DNA of 64,000 nucleotides from contig JAZDCZ010000419.1 of NCBI GenBank assembly GCA_036679605.1, forward strand, positions 128,001-192,000, read 5' to 3'. The notes under the pieces are model-generated. The model was not told the origin of the DNA, did no database searches, and worked only from the letters and a program-made list of their open reading frames with translations. Both the position numbers and the translations under genes were made by a program. The stretch is from Gemmatimonadota bacterium (GTDB taxonomy: Bacteria > Gemmatimonadota > Gemmatimonadetes > Gemmatimonadales > GWC2-71-9). Numbering within the stretch: position 1 is the stretch's first letter; each line of letters begins with the position of its first letter. Shown here piece by piece: positions 8,561-18,041 of this stretch.

Positions 8561-8647
8561 CTACCCTCTCAAATCTTGTGTTGCCGCCACAGTACAAAGA
8601 TACCCTCGGCATGGCATAACCGAAATACCGCTACAGGGTACTTGATT
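8303..8647. repeat. Direct repeat copy 2 (gene plus leader)
   Basis: Similarity to 6145-6610 ends at GTACTTGATT. Confidence 0.9.
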
Positions 8648-8687
8648 TTGCAAACGGCTGATGTGCCGGCATTAAGAAAGGAGCAGA

Positions 8688-10109
8688 TCAACGAAAGAAA
8701 ATCCCGATATTCGCCTTCGGCACGGGTTGCGTAAACCTCGACACCACTACGAAAAGAATCAAACTCGTTGCGACACCTACCTCAACGGCGTCTATGCCAT
8801 GGGACGCAAACCCCGCCTGCCCGGTGAACTCCCAGATCAGGCAAGCCAGGAACCCGCCGAGCATCGCCGACACAGCACCAGCCGCCGTACCGCGCCGCCA
8901 GTTGAGACCGATCACGACTGGCACGAAGAAGAAACTCGCAATGAACTTGGTTTGCTCCACCACGATGGTCTGCACGTCACCATATTTTTGAAGCGCAAAG
9001 TAGATTGGGATCAACGCCAAGACCACAATGCTGATGCGGTTCACCATCACCAGGCGACGCTGGCTCGAACCGGGCCGCACAAACTTACCGTACAGATCGT
9101 GTGCGACCGACGCGCCGGTAACCAAGAGCACCGAGTTGACGGTGGACATTATGGCACTCACCATGGCAACTATGAGCAATGCACCAACCAACGGCGGCAG
9201 TACCTCGAACGCCATGACAGAACTGGCCTGGTCAGGCGACACTAGGTTCGGGAAAAGAACCCGAGTGAGCATTCCAATAAACATGACGCTCACACCGATT
9301 ATGAACTGGAACCCGATCGAGATACCGATGGCCTGCTTGACTGTGCGCTCGTCACGCATCGAGTAGTATCGTGTCATCTCGTAGGGCGCGGCAGCGATCG
9401 AAAAGCCGAAACTGATAGCGAACGCCGCCAGTTCCTTGGGGCCGTAATACCAGCCCAACAGTCTAGGGTCGAGCGACTTCAAGAACTGCACTGACTGGCC
9501 AAGTCCGCCCGCATGACTCAGCAGCACCGGGACCGCAATGGCCAGCCCGGCTACCATGACCAGCGTTTGCATGAACTCGATGTACGAGCTGCTCCTGACG
9601 CCGCCGAGCAACGTGTAAAGCGCGGTGCTACCAACCAACACGAGCATTGCCGTCAGCGGCTGAATGCCGAAGATCGCGAGCGCAATTTCACCGCTTGCCT
9701 GGAACTGTGCTACGAGATAGATCGTGTAGGACACTACGATCAGGATCGCGGCCAGGGCACCAGCCTTCGCGCTCCCAAACCGAGCGGCAATGTAGTCTGG
9801 AACGGTAAGTGCACCGAACCGCCGGAGTTTTGGTGCGACGAAGAAGGCCGACACCAGCCAGCCAGACCACACACCGAACCAGATAAACCACCACGATACA
9901 CCCGCCAGATAATGTCTGCCGATGGTTCCCACCACCGTTCCGGCGCTCATCTGTGTAGCCGCCAATACTGCGCCGCCCACGAACGGACCGATCGAGCGGC
10001 CTGCTGCGATGAAGTCGTCTTCGGTCTTGGTTCTGAACGAACTCCACACCGCGATGCCCAACACCAGTACGAAATAGACGACCAGTACAACACCCAGGGT
10101 CAGTCCCAT
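8688..10109 (-). CDS. Sodium:solute symporter (SSS, PutP/PanF-like)
   Basis: About 13 TM segments; AGRS, SAGT, YTLLGG and SAIMST motifs. Confidence 0.92.
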   Translation of the reverse strand: MGLTLGVVLVVYFVLVLGIAVWSSFRTKTEDDFIAAGRSIGPFVGGAVLAATQMSAGTVVGTIGRHYLAGVSWWFIWFGVWSGWLVSAFFVAPKLRRFGALTVPDYIAARFGSAKAGALAAILIVVSYTIYLVAQFQASGEIALAIFGIQPLTAMLVLVGSTALYTLLGGVRSSSYIEFMQTLVMVAGLAIAVPVLLSHAGGLGQSVQFLKSLDPRLLGWYYGPKELAAFAISFGFSIAAAPYEMTRYYSMRDERTVKQAIGISIGFQFIIGVSVMFIGMLTRVLFPNLVSPDQASSVMAFEVLPPLVGALLIVAMVSAIMSTVNSVLLVTGASVAHDLYGKFVRPGSSQRRLVMVNRISIVVLALIPIYFALQKYGDVQTIVVEQTKFIASFFFVPVVIGLNWRRGTAAGAVSAMLGGFLACLIWEFTGQAGFASHGIDAVEVGVATSLILFVVVSRFTQPVPKANIGIFFR

Positions 10110-10119
10110 GGTCTCCTAT

Positions 10120-10737
10120 TTAGCCTGAGTCCGAGTGCCGCGCGCTGACGTAGCGTTGCCGCAGTAACCAGAGGATGGACGAAAGCACAATCAAGAGCGC
10201 GACCGACAGATCGGACAGCCGGTTGGTGCTCCAATCTCCCATCGCCGCAGGCAGGCGGACTACACTCGGCAGGTTCGGCAGCGTGGCCGACACCGAGCCG
10301 TCCCTATCGCGAACCAGTCTGGGGAACGCGTCGCTCAAAGCCGCACTCGCAGGAACTCCCCGAATCTTTATTGAGACCGCGCCCGTTGCAGGGTCGGTTG
10401 GAACGTCGGGATTGAGAATCGGAATTCGATCGACCTTTCCCGACACTTCGTACCGCACGCTCACGGTTCTGATTCCCGAGTTCGACGGGATCACGGTAAA
10501 CTCGTATAGGCCGGCTTTAGAGTGCACGTCGACGATCGAGCTATCACCCGGCGCGGCATCCAGTCGAATTTCTTGGCCACGTAGCTTGATCAAGACGAAC
10601 CGGACCGGGCGAGTGGCATTCACTATCTGGTAGCGCGCCAGGATTACGGCCGACCGCTCATTCAGATCTATCGAAATGTCGGACGACTCGAGCTGCCCCT
10701 GGGCAACAGCTATGACGCTGACAAGAGCCAAGAGCAC
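10120..10737 (-). CDS. Hypothetical exported protein with C-terminal TM anchor
   Basis: Signal peptide and C-terminal hydrophobic segment; sits in an operon between peptidase and symporter. Confidence 0.7.
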   Translation of the reverse strand: MLLALVSVIAVAQGQLESSDISIDLNERSAVILARYQIVNATRPVRFVLIKLRGQEIRLDAAPGDSSIVDVHSKAGLYEFTVIPSNSGIRTVSVRYEVSGKVDRIPILNPDVPTDPATGAVSIKIRGVPASAALSDAFPRLVRDRDGSVSATLPNLPSVVRLPAAMGDWSTNRLSDLSVALLIVLSSILWLLRQRYVSARHSDSG

Positions 10738-12500
10738 TAGATGTAACGCAACACCATTTGGCGAGCGCCATAAATAATGTCAGCTACTTCGTTGATATGA
10801 CGTCGTAGCCCGGCCTGAAGAAATGGTAGCTGGTCCAGCGCATTCTTGGAGCACGCCGCCAACCGAGTGATCCCATCGAGCTTAGGAATGATGCCGAGTG
10901 ACAGTGCAGGATCATGTTGGAATCGAGCACCTCGGGCATAATTCAGTGGCACCAACGCTCGCGCCAGTTCCTTCAATGCTTCATTGACAGACGCAAACTC
11001 GGCCTCAGACAAGTCTGACGCAATCTTGCGATAGAGATCGTCGAGCGCGCCTTGAAGACCGATGAGTTCCTCCCTGATGCTCGACAGATCTATTAATCCC
11101 TTGGCCTGTTGTTCGTACTCGCCTACCGCCTCGGACAGTTCTGCTATGGTCGCGCGGTAATCGAATGGCAACACGGAGGCATTCAAAACCCGCACAATGG
11201 CCGTCACATAAACCGACAGGTCTTGCTTCAGATACTTGCGGTCAGCCACATCGAGTCGATCGTCTTCAGTGTGCCACGCGATGTTTCCGCCACATCCCCC
11301 CACCGGATAGAACCCCAACTCATCGCGCAGCTCCTTGGGGATGTTGGACAGCAACATGAAAAAAGATGTGAGACCTACTTGGTTGAAAGAGTAATCTCCC
11401 GCACGTATGGGTCTGCGCCTGCCGGCCTCCAATCCTGTGCGGTCCCTTATGGCTCCGCGGCATAAGTCCCCTGCCTCGGCCATCCACATCACGTCATCGT
11501 ACCTGCTCGCTTCCCAGCATCCGGGTGAGTCTATGTTGACAGCCGCAACACAACGCTTGCGCAACTCTAGCCCAAACTCGTCAGCATACCAGGTGGACCC
11601 CGCGTAGCGGCCCATCGAGTGTCCCGGCCACCATGCCACCTTGAGCGTCCGGCATAAGTCGTCCCGGTGTGTATGGAATATGCGCGCCAACTCGAGCAGC
11701 GTGGCGTCACCCACGGCGTTGTCACCAATTCCCACATCCCAGCTGTCATAGTGCCCATGCACCAGGAGAAAATCGTCCGACTTACCACGAATCGTAGCGA
11801 CCGGAATTTTGCACTTGAACCATCCTTCGTCCAGCGAGGCCCGCACGGTCAGATTCTGCCGACCGTTCGACAAGAGCGCCTTAATCTCCTCGCCGTCGCT
11901 GCGATTCACGGCAACCACTGGAGTCTTGGGTTTCTGACCAAGGTTCTCGTCGGTGGGCATGCCCCAGATGGGCGTACATATCCCCCAATGGATGTTCTTG
12001 CCGGCATTCACATAGATCTGTCCTACTGCACCGGCCCGCTCGAATCGCTGAACCGAACCCGGCATGGCGTATCCGTCCGTAACGACGATCTTACCGCGCA
12101 CAGCCTCGTCACCGCTGACCTGCTTGGTCTCAAAGAGTTCGTCGATGTCCTCGATGGGAGGCGCACTCAGATACACGGCCTCTGCTGTGAGTCCATCCGA
12201 TTCCGTAGGTACGGCAAAGGCCGGCGGCTTAGCACGATATTCCTTGCCGTCGCTACCCGGCACGATCACTGCCGACTCGCGCGGCAGGGACAGGTATAGC
12301 TCGGGCTCGTACACGACGTGCTCCACTCCCAGCCGCTCCAGCTCATCAACGATATATTGGGCCGCTGCATGCTCGTCCGGCATCCCAGATTCCCGCCTCA
12401 ATTCGGCGAACCGCTCTAGCAATTTCCAACCGACGTCAACGGAAACGTCGGCAAGCAGTCTTGATTCCACGTTCGTGAGCGTATCACCTCTAGCAGTCAT
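10737..12500 (-). CDS. M28 family peptidase with PA domain
   Basis: HGHYDSW, GDNAVG, NIDSPG and WHT..D motifs; WPGHS replaces the usual EE. Confidence 0.85.
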   Translation of the reverse strand: MTARGDTLTNVESRLLADVSVDVGWKLLERFAELRRESGMPDEHAAAQYIVDELERLGVEHVVYEPELYLSLPRESAVIVPGSDGKEYRAKPPAFAVPTESDGLTAEAVYLSAPPIEDIDELFETKQVSGDEAVRGKIVVTDGYAMPGSVQRFERAGAVGQIYVNAGKNIHWGICTPIWGMPTDENLGQKPKTPVVAVNRSDGEEIKALLSNGRQNLTVRASLDEGWFKCKIPVATIRGKSDDFLLVHGHYDSWDVGIGDNAVGDATLLELARIFHTHRDDLCRTLKVAWWPGHSMGRYAGSTWYADEFGLELRKRCVAAVNIDSPGCWEASRYDDVMWMAEAGDLCRGAIRDRTGLEAGRRRPIRAGDYSFNQVGLTSFFMLLSNIPKELRDELGFYPVGGCGGNIAWHTEDDRLDVADRKYLKQDLSVYVTAIVRVLNASVLPFDYRATIAELSEAVGEYEQQAKGLIDLSSIREELIGLQGALDDLYRKIASDLSEAEFASVNEALKELARALVPLNYARGARFQHDPALSLGIIPKLDGITRLAACSKNALDQLPFLQAGLRRHINEVADIIYGARQMVLRYI

Positions 12501-12602
12501 GTTCGCCTCTGGTTTGTCATAGCGATGCAGGAAATTTGACGGTCCGATTACTCACCAATGTTCCCGTCAGCACCCTAGCGGGCAAGTGGTAGCGGTGTAG
12601 CT

Positions 12603-12746
12603 TCAGCGCTCGACCTTGGCGGTGTCGCGTGCCATGATCGAATCGGGTGGACGCTCCGGTGCGTCCTGCTCGTTCCCCTTTTGTGGATCGCGGTCACGAC
12701 ACCCTGTCAGGGCCATAACGATGAGAAAGCAACCAATGACACGCAC
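12603..12746 (-). CDS. Putative small lipoprotein
   Basis: (M)RVIGCFLIVMALTG-C lipobox followed by a short hydrophilic tail. Confidence 0.45.
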   Translation of the reverse strand: MRVIGCFLIVMALTGCRDRDPQKGNEQDAPERPPDSIMARDTAKVER

Positions 12747-12818
12747 GGCGTGTAAATTACCCTCCATGAGCAGCTCATTCCAAACGTGGCATCGTCGACC
12801 TACCATGATGGCTTGCAA

Positions 12819-15104
12819 GTGACCGACCGCCGTAGCTTTCTGTCGGCGCTCAGCACCTTTGCCGGTACGGCGATCGTTAGCGGTAGCCGCGGAGCAACAC
12901 CGGATACGCCCATCGTTGACGCCGAGTCCACCATCTTCTATTCCCACCCCGACGGTTCCAAGAACCTGGTGCGTTTTCAGATCCAAAACATCGATGTGCC
13001 CGCTGGGCGACTCAGGGTCTACAACGGGAGTCGAAAACTACTGGGCACGGCCGGTGTTCTACGCACCGGCAACGTTCTCCTCGGAGAACTCTGGCTGGAG
13101 GTGAACCGCCCGACGGGCATAGTATCTGAGCTGGAAGCGCCCGGACTGCGGCGGCCGCTCCGCACGACTCATCGCCTGGTGCCCAACCGCCGGTGGACAC
13201 TCAATCTCCTCATTGCAGTCGACGCCGCATCGATCCTGCAGGAGATTGAAACACTTTCGCCGATCCGCCGCGCTGTGCAGGCAGTCACGTACCGGCGGGC
13301 AAATGTAACGGTGAACCCACTTCCCACCTCATTGGACCTCGATCACATGGATCACCTTCCGTTCCTCCGGATGGCGGTCCCAGCGATGGAAATCGAACGC
13401 AGATTCGGAATCCCGGTCAGTAGCGTGACGATTGTTCCAGATGGATGGAGGTTGTCCCAAACCAGCGCGATGGCTCTATCGGGATCGGGAGTTCGAATCC
13501 TGGCACTAGAACAACGCGGTGGCGAACCATCGCAAATCTGGAACGTGCCTGGAGGAGGGAAATTGCTCGTCGTAACCGTTCCGTGGAACGGTACACCAGG
13601 TGACTTGAAGTTCGGTGCATCCTACGACGAAATGCGAGGCGCCGTCGAGAAATGGCTCACAACGTCACCTCTTCTGCTCTCGCCAACATACGACTCGGAC
13701 ATCGCCTACCTCTTAGGCACGGTAGCGGAGGAAGCCGTGACGAAAATCCCCGCCGCGGTGGCTGCATGGAACGCCCGCGTGGCCTATCCCAAGCTAGTCA
13801 TAGGCGACACCGCCGAACTCCGGGAGCGCGTCGAACGGCGAGCCTCTGCCGTACCCGTTCCGAAGCTCGAGCCGCGGTCGGCAGACGACCTTACGCCGGC
13901 ACAGCTGGCGTCGATAGCGACTTTGCGCGTTGCGGCGCGAACCGACCGTGCAAACAACATGATGGCGGTGCTCGGCGGAATCGCAGGGATCACGTCAAGG
14001 ATCCCCGTAGTGATTCCTGGCACTCTGGTTTTCAACTCGGCGCCATATGCTAGATCGGGCCTGGTCCGCATGACTGATGGTACCGATCAAATCGCTACCG
14101 ACGTACCGGCTCTTGGATACGCGTATTTCCTTGATAGCGAGGACGGGGGCAACAGGTGGAGGACGAATGACCGCGGCAGTACGCTGGAGGGCAACAGGTT
14201 GTCGGTACGAGTCGATGAAACCACCGGCGCGCTTGCGTCCCTAATCAACAAATCAGACGGACGCGAGCTAGTATTGGACGGTTCGCCTGGATTGAACGAA
14301 CTAGAAGGATCGCAACTGGAGCGCATTTCGCGTCAACGGCTTCCTGGCGTAGCATCGCGACTCGAACTGCGACGTTGGTCACCCAACCTGGGATCTTTCA
14401 TCACCACCGTTACAGTATACGACGACCTGCCCTGGCTGGATATCGAGAACCAAGCCCAGGGCGTGGGCTCACAGGCAATGGAGTACCGCTTCGCGTTCTC
14501 TCTCGGCGAACCTCAAGTCACCTGGGAAACTCCCGCTGGATACGACGAGTCCGCAGCTCCGCTCGATCGTATCGAGCACTTGCGCTGGATTCAACTGTCG
14601 GACGACAACACGCATGTGCTGTTCCGAGGAATGACCGCTCCGATTGCATCGGTAACACGTGGGGGCATTCTCACGAGCTACGCCCCGCGCGGACTGTCCC
14701 GCTATCGACTCCAGCTTGCGTCACCCTTCTCACCTGCCGACACCCCATGGGTCTTCGGATGGGAGGCGGAACCATTTGCTACGGCGCGCATAGTTGAAAA
14801 TCGGGCCGGCAACCTACCAACGTACGGATCAATCTTCTCGGTAGACCAAGTCGGTACGGCGGTCCTTGGACTCAAACCGGCTGACGACGACCGCGGCGTG
14901 ATACTCTACATCCAGGAACTCCTAGGCGTGGACCGCGAAATCTCGATTGGCAGCGAGATTCTTAGTTTTACATCTATTAGAATGGTTGACTTCCTGGAGC
15001 GAGATTTGGCGGAACTCAGCCCACCGACGGCAGGCGTGGCTCGCGTACCGATACCAGCCAATGGAATTGTGGCGGTCAGATTACTTGGCGTGGAACAACC
15101 GTGA
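12819..15104 (+). CDS. Tat-exported GH38 (alpha-mannosidase)-like protein with degenerate catalytic domain
   Basis: TDRRSFL twin-arginine signal; VFNS, VPALGY, LEGNRLSVRVD..G.LASL and LKPADD resemble GH38 beta-domains. Confidence 0.6.
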   Translation: MTDRRSFLSALSTFAGTAIVSGSRGATPDTPIVDAESTIFYSHPDGSKNLVRFQIQNIDVPAGRLRVYNGSRKLLGTAGVLRTGNVLLGELWLEVNRPTGIVSELEAPGLRRPLRTTHRLVPNRRWTLNLLIAVDAASILQEIETLSPIRRAVQAVTYRRANVTVNPLPTSLDLDHMDHLPFLRMAVPAMEIERRFGIPVSSVTIVPDGWRLSQTSAMALSGSGVRILALEQRGGEPSQIWNVPGGGKLLVVTVPWNGTPGDLKFGASYDEMRGAVEKWLTTSPLLLSPTYDSDIAYLLGTVAEEAVTKIPAAVAAWNARVAYPKLVIGDTAELRERVERRASAVPVPKLEPRSADDLTPAQLASIATLRVAARTDRANNMMAVLGGIAGITSRIPVVIPGTLVFNSAPYARSGLVRMTDGTDQIATDVPALGYAYFLDSEDGGNRWRTNDRGSTLEGNRLSVRVDETTGALASLINKSDGRELVLDGSPGLNELEGSQLERISRQRLPGVASRLELRRWSPNLGSFITTVTVYDDLPWLDIENQAQGVGSQAMEYRFAFSLGEPQVTWETPAGYDESAAPLDRIEHLRWIQLSDDNTHVLFRGMTAPIASVTRGGILTSYAPRGLSRYRLQLASPFSPADTPWVFGWEAEPFATARIVENRAGNLPTYGSIFSVDQVGTAVLGLKPADDDRGVILYIQELLGVDREISIGSEILSFTSIRMVDFLERDLAELSPPTAGVARVPIPANGIVAVRLLGVEQP

Positions 15105-15168
15105 TTCAGACGGGATAGATTACGATGGGTCCTTCCTTAGTCATGAACACGCAAGCATACTTGGTAAG

Positions 15169-16635
15169 ATGAACTCTACGATACGAACTTTGGGTGAACT
15201 GCGGCAGTCAGAGTGGAGCGATCCACAACGGCGTGCTCGGTCTGTCAAGGATGAGATGAGGGAGAATCTCATCTGCATGCTCGAGGGCGGTCAAACGGTT
15301 TTTCCCGGCATCGTGGGCTTCGAACAGACTGCCATTCCGCAAATTATCAACGCAGTGCTCGCCAAGCACAACTTCATTCTGCTGGGTTTGCGCGGTCAGG
15401 CAAAGAGTCGACTCTTGCGTGCGTTGGCAAACCTCTTGGATCTCGAACTGCCGATCATCGCCGGTAGCGAAGTGAACGACAATCCATTCAAACCGTTGTC
15501 CAAGTACGGGAAGCAGTTGAGCGAGGAACATGGCGACAATACACCCATTGAGTGGATTTCACGCGACGCCCGCTACGTAGAAAAGTTGGCTACTCCCGAC
15601 GTGACGGTCGCAGATCTCTTGGGCGATGTAGATCCAATCAAGGCGGCCCGCGGCGGTCACGTCCTCTCCGACGAGTTAACTATCCATTTCGGGTTGCTGC
15701 CGCGCAGCAACCGTGGAATCTTCGCAATCAACGAACTACCCGACCTAGCCGGAAAGATTCAAGTGGCGTTGTTCAACATAATGCAGGAAGGCGATGTCCA
15801 GATCAAAGGGTATCCGATACGCCTCCCGCTAGATGTCATGTTGGTCTTCTCTGCAAACCCGGAGGACTACACAGCTCGCGGCAAGATCATCACCCCTCTA
15901 AAAGACCGCATCGGTAGCGAAATCCACACGCACTATCCGCCCACGCTAGCGCATGGCATGGAGATCACGCTGCAGGAAGCATGGCTAGAGCGAAACGGGC
16001 GGCCGCTCCACGTACCCGACTTCATTCAAGAGCTGATCGAACGCATCGCATTCGAGGCCAGAGAGGACAAGCGGGTAGACCGACGTTCAGGCGTGAGCCA
16101 GCGCTTACCTATTAGCGTGCTGGAAAACGTCGTATCCAACGCGGAGCAACGTGCTGTGACGGTAAAGGAAAAGCGAGTGGTGCCGCGTGTGTCCGACATC
16201 TATGCGGCACTCCCTGCGGTCACCGGAAAGCTCGAACTCGAATACGAGGGAGAAATGCAGGGAGCACTCGCTGTCGCCACTGACATCATCGGTCGTGCGG
16301 CGGGCAACACGTTTGAAGCACGTGCCGGGGGAGCCGATTGCGATGGTATAGTTGAGTGGTTCGACACCGGAGGTGCTCTCAAGGTATCGCCAAACGAGCG
16401 TTCCGACGTGTGCATTCAGGGGTTTTCAGCAGTAGACGGATTGCTCGATCTCGTTTACAACACCGGTCTCGCTCCCATGAAGGACCCGGCTACCGTGGTT
16501 GCAGCATGCGAACTCGTACTCGAAGGATTGGTTGCGCAAAAGCGCATTACCCGTAGCGACGAGCTGGGATACGGGCGCGCCCGGCCTAAGCCACCGCCGT
16601 ATGGACACGACGGGAACATGACGCTGGATGTGTAG
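15169..16635 (+). CDS. Mg-chelatase ChlI-like AAA+ ATPase
   Basis: GLRGQAKS, INELPDL and SANPEDY motifs. Confidence 0.88.
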   Translation: MNSTIRTLGELRQSEWSDPQRRARSVKDEMRENLICMLEGGQTVFPGIVGFEQTAIPQIINAVLAKHNFILLGLRGQAKSRLLRALANLLDLELPIIAGSEVNDNPFKPLSKYGKQLSEEHGDNTPIEWISRDARYVEKLATPDVTVADLLGDVDPIKAARGGHVLSDELTIHFGLLPRSNRGIFAINELPDLAGKIQVALFNIMQEGDVQIKGYPIRLPLDVMLVFSANPEDYTARGKIITPLKDRIGSEIHTHYPPTLAHGMEITLQEAWLERNGRPLHVPDFIQELIERIAFEAREDKRVDRRSGVSQRLPISVLENVVSNAEQRAVTVKEKRVVPRVSDIYAALPAVTGKLELEYEGEMQGALAVATDIIGRAAGNTFEARAGGADCDGIVEWFDTGGALKVSPNERSDVCIQGFSAVDGLLDLVYNTGLAPMKDPATVVAACELVLEGLVAQKRITRSDELGYGRARPKPPPYGHDGNMTLDV

Positions 16636-16646
16636 GGCATAGTAGA

Positions 16647-17942
16647 ATGCGCTACACGACCTACTCCAAGTATCTCCCGCAACTCCTGGACGCAATAAAC
16701 CTGGAACAACTGCTCGAGGACCTGAGTGATTTCCTCCTCCAATCCGGCTTTGCCGGCGGACCGTGGTATCACCCAATCTTCGGGCCGTCGGACGCCGAAA
16801 ATCCAGACCGATCATTGGAGGCGCTCAAGCAGGCGATCCTCCAAAAACTCATGGAGTCGGGCAGGCTCACTCCTGAAATGCTGCAAGCGCTCCGAGGCGA
16901 GTCTACAGGTGATGAGCAGCGCGACGCCCAGTTAGAACAACAGATTGCCGACCTGCTAGACCAGATAATCCAACGCCTGATAGACGAAGGATACCTCAAC
17001 ACCCAGCAGCTGCCACACATGCCCGGGAATCACCAGAAGATGGATGGAGTAGACGGGCAAGGACAGAGCGCAGCGCAGCAGGTCCAGTTCAACTTGTCCG
17101 AAAAGGGAATCGATTTTCTTGGATACCGTGCACTGAAGCACCTCATGGGAAGCGTGGGCAAGTCAAGCTTCGGCAGTCACGAAACACCGTACCTGGCCAC
17201 GGGCATAGAAGCAGATTCGATTTCGAAGCCCTACGAATTCGGGGACACCCTGAACCTAGATGTAAACGCAACGCTCTCCAACGCGATCGCCCGCAACGGA
17301 CTGCGAATTCCCCTCGAAATCGACTATCCCGATCTAATGGTCCACCAATCAGAGTACCGCTCGAGCGCGGCGACAGTCCTGATGCTCGATTGCTCACACT
17401 CGATGATTCTCTACGGGGAAGACCGGTTCACGCCCGCCAAGAAAGTATCTCTGGCGCTCACGCACCTGATTCGAACTCAGTTCCCCGGCGATTCCATACG
17501 TGTGGTTCTATTTCACGACACGGCTGAAGAGATCCCGCTTGGCAAGCTGGCTCACGCACAGGTGGGACCGTATCACACGAACACTGCCGAAGGACTGAAG
17601 CTGTCTCGCCGCATTCTCATGACACAGAAGAAGGACATGCGGCAGATAATCATGATCACCGACGGCAAACCTTCCGCTCTGACGCTGCCCGACGGCCGAA
17701 TCTACATCAATTCTATGGGGTTGGATCCCAAGATACTCCGAGAGACCTACCGTGAGGTCGCCGCGTGCAAACGGTCAGGAATAATGATCAACACATTCAT
17801 GCTGGCGCGCGAACGTGCGCTCGTCGACTTCGTCAAGAAAGTATGCGAGATCTCCCGTGGTAAAGCCTACTTCACGAATTCGATGACCTTGGGACAATAC
17901 ATCTTAATGGACTTCATGAAGCGAAAAACTCGGCGAGTGTAG
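16647..17942 (+). CDS. VWA domain protein (chelatase partner)
   Basis: MIDAS motif DCSHS, TNT and ITDG. Confidence 0.88.
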   Translation: MRYTTYSKYLPQLLDAINLEQLLEDLSDFLLQSGFAGGPWYHPIFGPSDAENPDRSLEALKQAILQKLMESGRLTPEMLQALRGESTGDEQRDAQLEQQIADLLDQIIQRLIDEGYLNTQQLPHMPGNHQKMDGVDGQGQSAAQQVQFNLSEKGIDFLGYRALKHLMGSVGKSSFGSHETPYLATGIEADSISKPYEFGDTLNLDVNATLSNAIARNGLRIPLEIDYPDLMVHQSEYRSSAATVLMLDCSHSMILYGEDRFTPAKKVSLALTHLIRTQFPGDSIRVVLFHDTAEEIPLGKLAHAQVGPYHTNTAEGLKLSRRILMTQKKDMRQIIMITDGKPSALTLPDGRIYINSMGLDPKILRETYREVAACKRSGIMINTFMLARERALVDFVKKVCEISRGKAYFTNSMTLGQYILMDFMKRKTRRV

Positions 17943-18041
17943 GGGCAATCGGTTGCCCGAGTTACTTGTCCGTGACTTCTGCTAGGCGCTCAGATATCTT
18001 CTGTCTGTGTTCACTCTCATTACCACAACCTCAGGACCTAG

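Noticed and set aside
6145..8647. Diversity-generating retroelement template/variable repeat pair
   Set aside because: Differences are mostly synonymous and not adenine-specific, and no reverse transcriptase is present.
6145..8647. Composite transposon or IS
   Set aside because: No transposase, terminal inverted repeats or target-site duplication recognised.
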